64,000 nt of DNA, taken from contig JAVCBU010000003.1 in NCBI GenBank assembly GCA_037917685.1, forward strand, positions 144,264 to 208,263, given 5' to 3'. Positions 62,706 to 64,000 of the stretch are shown in pieces. A program made the position numbers and the translations under genes. The notes under the pieces are model-generated. The model made no database searches. It was given only the letters and a program-made list of their open reading frames with translations, and was not told the origin of the DNA. Within the stretch, counting starts at the first letter, position 1. Each line of letters starts with the position of its first letter. The stretch is from Thermoproteota archaeon (GTDB lineage Archaea > Korarchaeota > Korarchaeia > Korarchaeales > JAOZGB01).

Positions 62706-63602
62706 TTGGCTAAGACCATTGTAGTTCTAAGCGGGAAGGGTGGGGTTGGAAAGACTACAATATCCTCGTCTTTAGCCTACCTATACTCCAAGGATGGAGC
62801 TAGAATTGTAGCGGTTGACGCAGATGTGGATGCACCAGACCTAGAATACTTCCTTGGAAGCGGGAAAATAGTTAAGCAGGCCAGAATAGAAACCTCAGAC
62901 AAGGCCCTTATAGACGAGTCCAAATGCATCGGCTGCGGCAAATGCGTCGAAGTCTGCATATATGGAGCTCTTACAATGCGTAAAGGCATGGCTAAAGTTG
63001 AGAGAATAATGTGTGAGGGTTGCGGAGCCTGCATGTACGTCTGCCCTACAGACGCGATCATGCTTGAGAAACACAGGGGAGGCACGATAACAGTTAAAGA
63101 GACAAGGTACGGGTTTAAACTTGTAACAGGAAGAATAGGCCTCGGAGAACACAACTCTGGAAAAATGGTTTCCGTAGCAAGAACAGAAGCATACAAGATA
63201 GCTCAGGCTGAAGGCTCGGACATTATACTCGTAGATGGGGCTCCAGGCATCGGCTGCCCTGTAATAGCAAGTGTGACAGGCTCAGACTACGTGGTAGCAG
63301 TAGCAGAGCCTACAAAGCTCTCATATCAAGGCCTCACCCGTCTCCTAGACGTGGTTGGACACTTTAAGATTAAGGCAGGCATCGTAATAAACAAATGTGA
63401 CATTTCAGACGGGTGGACAACTAAAATAACAGGGTATACAATGTCGAGAGGATACCAGCTGCTCGGACAGATACCTTTAAGTCGGGAGGTCGTCGAGGCG
63501 ATGTCTCATATGAGCCCTCCACCAGAGTACAAGCCGGGAAGCAGGGTCTCAGAGAGGATCACAAGCATATACAAGGAAATTAGGAGGGTGACTGAGGTTT
63601 GA
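62706..63602 (+). CDS. MinD/ParA-superfamily P-loop ATPase with an inserted 2x[4Fe-4S] ferredoxin domain
   Basis: 298 aa with a TTG start. Deviant Walker A SGKGGVGKTT, plus CIGCGKCVEVC and CEGCGACMYVCP. Confidence 0.8.
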   Translation: MAKTIVVLSGKGGVGKTTISSSLAYLYSKDGARIVAVDADVDAPDLEYFLGSGKIVKQARIETSDKALIDESKCIGCGKCVEVCIYGALTMRKGMAKVERIMCEGCGACMYVCPTDAIMLEKHRGGTITVKETRYGFKLVTGRIGLGEHNSGKMVSVARTEAYKIAQAEGSDIILVDGAPGIGCPVIASVTGSDYVVAVAEPTKLSYQGLTRLLDVVGHFKIKAGIVINKCDISDGWTTKITGYTMSRGYQLLGQIPLSREVVEAMSHMSPPPEYKPGSRVSERITSIYKEIRRVTEV

Positions 63603-64000
63603 AAGTAGCGGTTACGGGCGGGAAGGGTGGAGTAGGGAAATCCACGATAGCATCAGCCCTAATAAGATACTGCTCAACAATGGGTAAAATCCTGGCTGCA
63701 GACCTCGATGTTGATAATCCATGCCTATCTTCAATGCTCGACATGCCCAGTCCCTACAAGGTTGAAGATGCAGAAACCTTTAAGCCTAAGGTGGTGGCTG
63801 CAAGGTGCATAGGCTGCCATAAATGTGTGGACGCCTGCCGGGAGCACGCGCTCTACGGCCTTGAGGGAGGGGTGCCCACCCTATTCGACCAGCTGTGCTC
63901 TGGATGCGGAGCCTGCAGGCTAGTATGCCCAGCAGCCGCCATTGAAGATGATAGCAAGATACTTGGCCAAATATCATGGTATAACAAGGGTAATATAACC
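63599..64000 (+). CDS. second MinD/ParA-type ATPase with a 4Fe-4S ferredoxin insert (3' end outside the window)
   Basis: TTG at 63599 overlaps the upstream stop (TTGA). The product reads MKVAVTGGKGGVGKST...CIGCHKCVDAC...CSGCGACRLVCP and the frame is open to the window end. Confidence 0.75.
   Translation, partial: MKVAVTGGKGGVGKSTIASALIRYCSTMGKILAADLDVDNPCLSSMLDMPSPYKVEDAETFKPKVVAARCIGCHKCVDACREHALYGLEGGVPTLFDQLCSGCGACRLVCPAAAIEDDSKILGQISWYNKGNIT

Overview
Gene-dense chromosomal window that reads as a hyperthermophile-type archaeal genome. Support: AGA/AGG/ATA-rich codon use, AT-rich TATA-like boxes about 25-30 nt upstream of many starts, frequent GTG/TTG starts, and archaeal families such as endonuclease Q, Ogg2-type glycosylase, an AdkA-like domain, Lrp/AsnC, DUF354 and a class III signal-peptide pilin-like protein. 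I found no rRNA, tRNA or CRISPR array. The content falls into five groups. (1) DNA repair and housekeeping: EndoQ, aminotransferase, Ogg. (2) A minus-strand oxygen-detoxification cluster of peroxiredoxin, a small wHTH, rubredoxin and FprA. (3) A glycan-synthesis block: GT2, WecC-like dehydrogenase, DUF354, flippase. (4) Many secreted or membrane-anchored hydrolases. (5) Two decayed accessory patches rich in toxin-antitoxin remnants (about 23.0-28.9 kb and 61.1-62.5 kb). The most interesting object is a 1695-aa alpha-2-macroglobulin/thioester-type protein (31198-36285, minus). It retains a CNEQ thioester-type motif. Exactly where the protease bait region should be, it instead carries a two-helix transmembrane hairpin. 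The gene is flanked on both sides by decayed radical-SAM/SPASM relics. Other notable points: a recurrent CWB2-like module shared by three otherwise unrelated secreted proteins; a rubredoxin gene whose ATG is out of frame; a USP-like ORF separated from the upstream gene only by an in-frame TAG; a duplicated 3' end of a DUF3160 gene bracketing a 1.3-kb insertion; a frameshifted GNAT/YoaP-like gene; a multiply frameshifted CDF transporter; six perfect 30-bp coding repeats; a 22-bp promoter/operator motif present twice; and a 127-bp perfect repeat inside tandem TA modules. All family assignments come from motif recognition by eye and need HMM or BLAST confirmation.
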